Source: Spirochaetota bacterium (GTDB lineage Bacteria > Spirochaetota > UBA4802 > UBA5550). Taken from it: a DNA stretch of 64,000 nucleotides. The notes below the pieces were generated by a model. The model did not search any database. It worked only from the letters and a program-made list of their open reading frames with translations, and was not told where the DNA came from. Positions 62,447 to 64,000 of the stretch are shown in pieces (positions within the stretch are counted from its first letter, which is position 1; the number at the start of each line of letters is the position of its first letter). The stretch is taken from the NCBI GenBank assembly GCA_963663865.1, contig OY760686.1:544001-608000 (forward strand), in the 5' to 3' direction. A program made the translations under genes and the position numbers.

Positions 62447-63559
62447 TTATGGACAATTGATTAGATTTTTCTTGTACTCAGTAGGTGAAACTCCTTTGTA
62501 CCTTCTGAACGCCCGGTTAAAAGAGGCCTTAGAGTTAAATCCTGAATTTAATGCAATGTGTAAAAAATTGGTTTTGTCCGGATTCTTCATGTTGCGGATT
62601 ACATCGTCAATTCTTAATCTATTGATATAATCTGTAAAACGAATTCCAAATTCTGAATTTATTACCTGTGAAAGAGTGTTTTTGTGAACACCAATGTAGT
62701 TTGCTATCGTTGATATCTTGATCTCTGAATCAAGATATAGTTTATTATTTTTTACTGTGTTGATAAATGTCTTTAATATAATGTCCTTCTTGTCTAATGG
62801 TATCACCTTCATATAGTTCGATTTGCTTCTGTGTGTTGTCTGAGAAATAGAATTTATTATTGAATGATATGAAAGGAAGAGTATTATAATAATTGTTTCA
62901 AATAACTCAAAAAATGATAAATTACTCAAAAATGATTGATTTCCTTCTATAATTGATTCGAAAGACATGTCGATAAAATGAGACACTATAAAGAAAAAAG
63001 AGTATAAAATAATTGTTCTTGCCAAAAGATAATTTATAATCTTAGAAAACCACTTCAGGTTTCTGTCTGGGCTTTTCTTTGTCAAAGGGAAAATAAATAT
63101 TTTAAGAACTCCTAAATATACAATCAGATGGATTGATGTAAGAATAGCATTTATCCGGCCAAGCTGGTCCCAAAAAAAACCATAGTTTGTGTAGAGATAT
63201 AAGTGTGCTGATGTGCTGAATAGAATTGCAATCACAGGAGGCAGATGTGGGTATATACTACCTTTATTAAGTGCTACCCCGAAGATTGATAAACCATAAA
63301 GATATATTAGGATATTCACCAGTATTGCACTGGTCATATCTGGTATTGCTAAAGTTAAAAAGAGATATTTCTGATCATAGCCTATACCTCCAAAAAAGAA
63401 TGTTCTAGACATCCAAAAAATAAAACTGTTAAAGGCTTTTATTGCAATGAAATAAATAAGAATAAGATTAGAACGGTTTTTATTTTTTGATAAAATAAAT
63501 ATTGTTAATACGCTCTGCAGTAGAAGAAAAAAAAGCGTAGAAATGATTAAATATAGCAT
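62447..63559 (-). CDS. Membrane-anchored AraC-family regulator
   Basis: TM helices; NTLSQVIN, FTDYINRLRI, GFNSKASFNRAF. Confidence 0.9.
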   Translation of the reverse strand: MLYLIISTLFFLLLQSVLTIFILSKNKNRSNLILIYFIAIKAFNSFIFWMSRTFFFGGIGYDQKYLFLTLAIPDMTSAILVNILIYLYGLSIFGVALNKGSIYPHLPPVIAILFSTSAHLYLYTNYGFFWDQLGRINAILTSIHLIVYLGVLKIFIFPLTKKSPDRNLKWFSKIINYLLARTIILYSFFFIVSHFIDMSFESIIEGNQSFLSNLSFFELFETIIIILFLSYHSIINSISQTTHRSKSNYMKVIPLDKKDIILKTFINTVKNNKLYLDSEIKISTIANYIGVHKNTLSQVINSEFGIRFTDYINRLRIDDVIRNMKNPDKTNFLHIALNSGFNSKASFNRAFRRYKGVSPTEYKKNLINCP

Positions 63560-63628
63560 ATATTACCCATTTACGCTAAATCCGGATATTACATATTATA
63601 CCCGGATTCAGCGTCATATCAACAAAAA

Positions 63629-64000
63629 TTATTCAGGGAAAGACAGTCCATACTCTATTTTGCACCAGTCGGAAGAGCTGATGTTATCATCAGCTACTGC
63701 TGGATTCTGTAATTCCGCATCCTCATTAGTCGAGTAAAGGCTTGCGGGTAATTTCCCAGTGATTTCAAGTGAATTTACCGAGTGTAATACATCAAACAGA
63801 TATTTTGTTGGCGAGCCCCAATAAGCGATCAGACAGTCACAGTTGTTATAGAGTTCATCAAGAATTGCTGATGATCTTTTCATTTTGACGATAACAATCA
63901 AAAGGCTGTTATTATCATTCGATCCACCAATAAATTGATAAAGTTCTTTAACCTTATTTAAACCGTTTATATAGAATTCGTCCGCGTAACCATCGTCTTC
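63629..64000 (-). CDS. C-terminal part of a fifth GH3 glycosidase (truncated by the window edge)
   Basis: Open from 64000: ...LIVIVKMKR..CDCLIAYWG...LFDVL...TGKLPASL...YGLSF*, matching the C-termini of the other GH3s. Confidence 0.75.
   Translation of the reverse strand, partial: EDDGYADEFYINGLNKVKELYQFIGGSNDNNSLLIVIVKMKRSSAILDELYNNCDCLIAYWGSPTKYLFDVLHSVNSLEITGKLPASLYSTNEDAELQNPAVADDNISSSDWCKIEYGLSFPE

Noticed and set aside
1-64000. tRNA/rRNA genes, integrase and prophage genes
   Set aside because: None were recognised by eye; a tRNAscan/Rfam run is needed to exclude small RNAs.

Overview
Bacterial chromosome segment, probably from a Spirochaetota-like organism (inferred from gene content and the many lipoproteins, not proven). 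A backbone of roughly 50% GC by eye carries coaE, ychF, rlmD, a radical SAM enzyme, MATE and MFS transporters, PAS histidine kinases, an AsmA/YdbH-YdbL-TolB/TPR-FecR envelope operon and a CoA-substrate activase. Three visibly AT-richer accessory blocks interrupt it: ~10.2-19.4 kb (bounded by mosaic palindromic repeats), ~38.5-41 kb (type II R-M pair plus a WYL remnant) and ~55.7-64 kb. A module of GH3 glycosidase lipoprotein plus membrane-anchored AraC regulator occurs at three loci (5 GH3 genes, 3 AraC genes). The top finding is two intact, mutually divergent IS110-family homologues that appear to have lost the DEDD and serine catalytic residues. Each lies just upstream of a GH3 gene and behind a DNA box also found before GH3 genes. 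This suggests a domesticated, catalytically dead IS110-derived protein in a glycoside-responsive AraC regulon.
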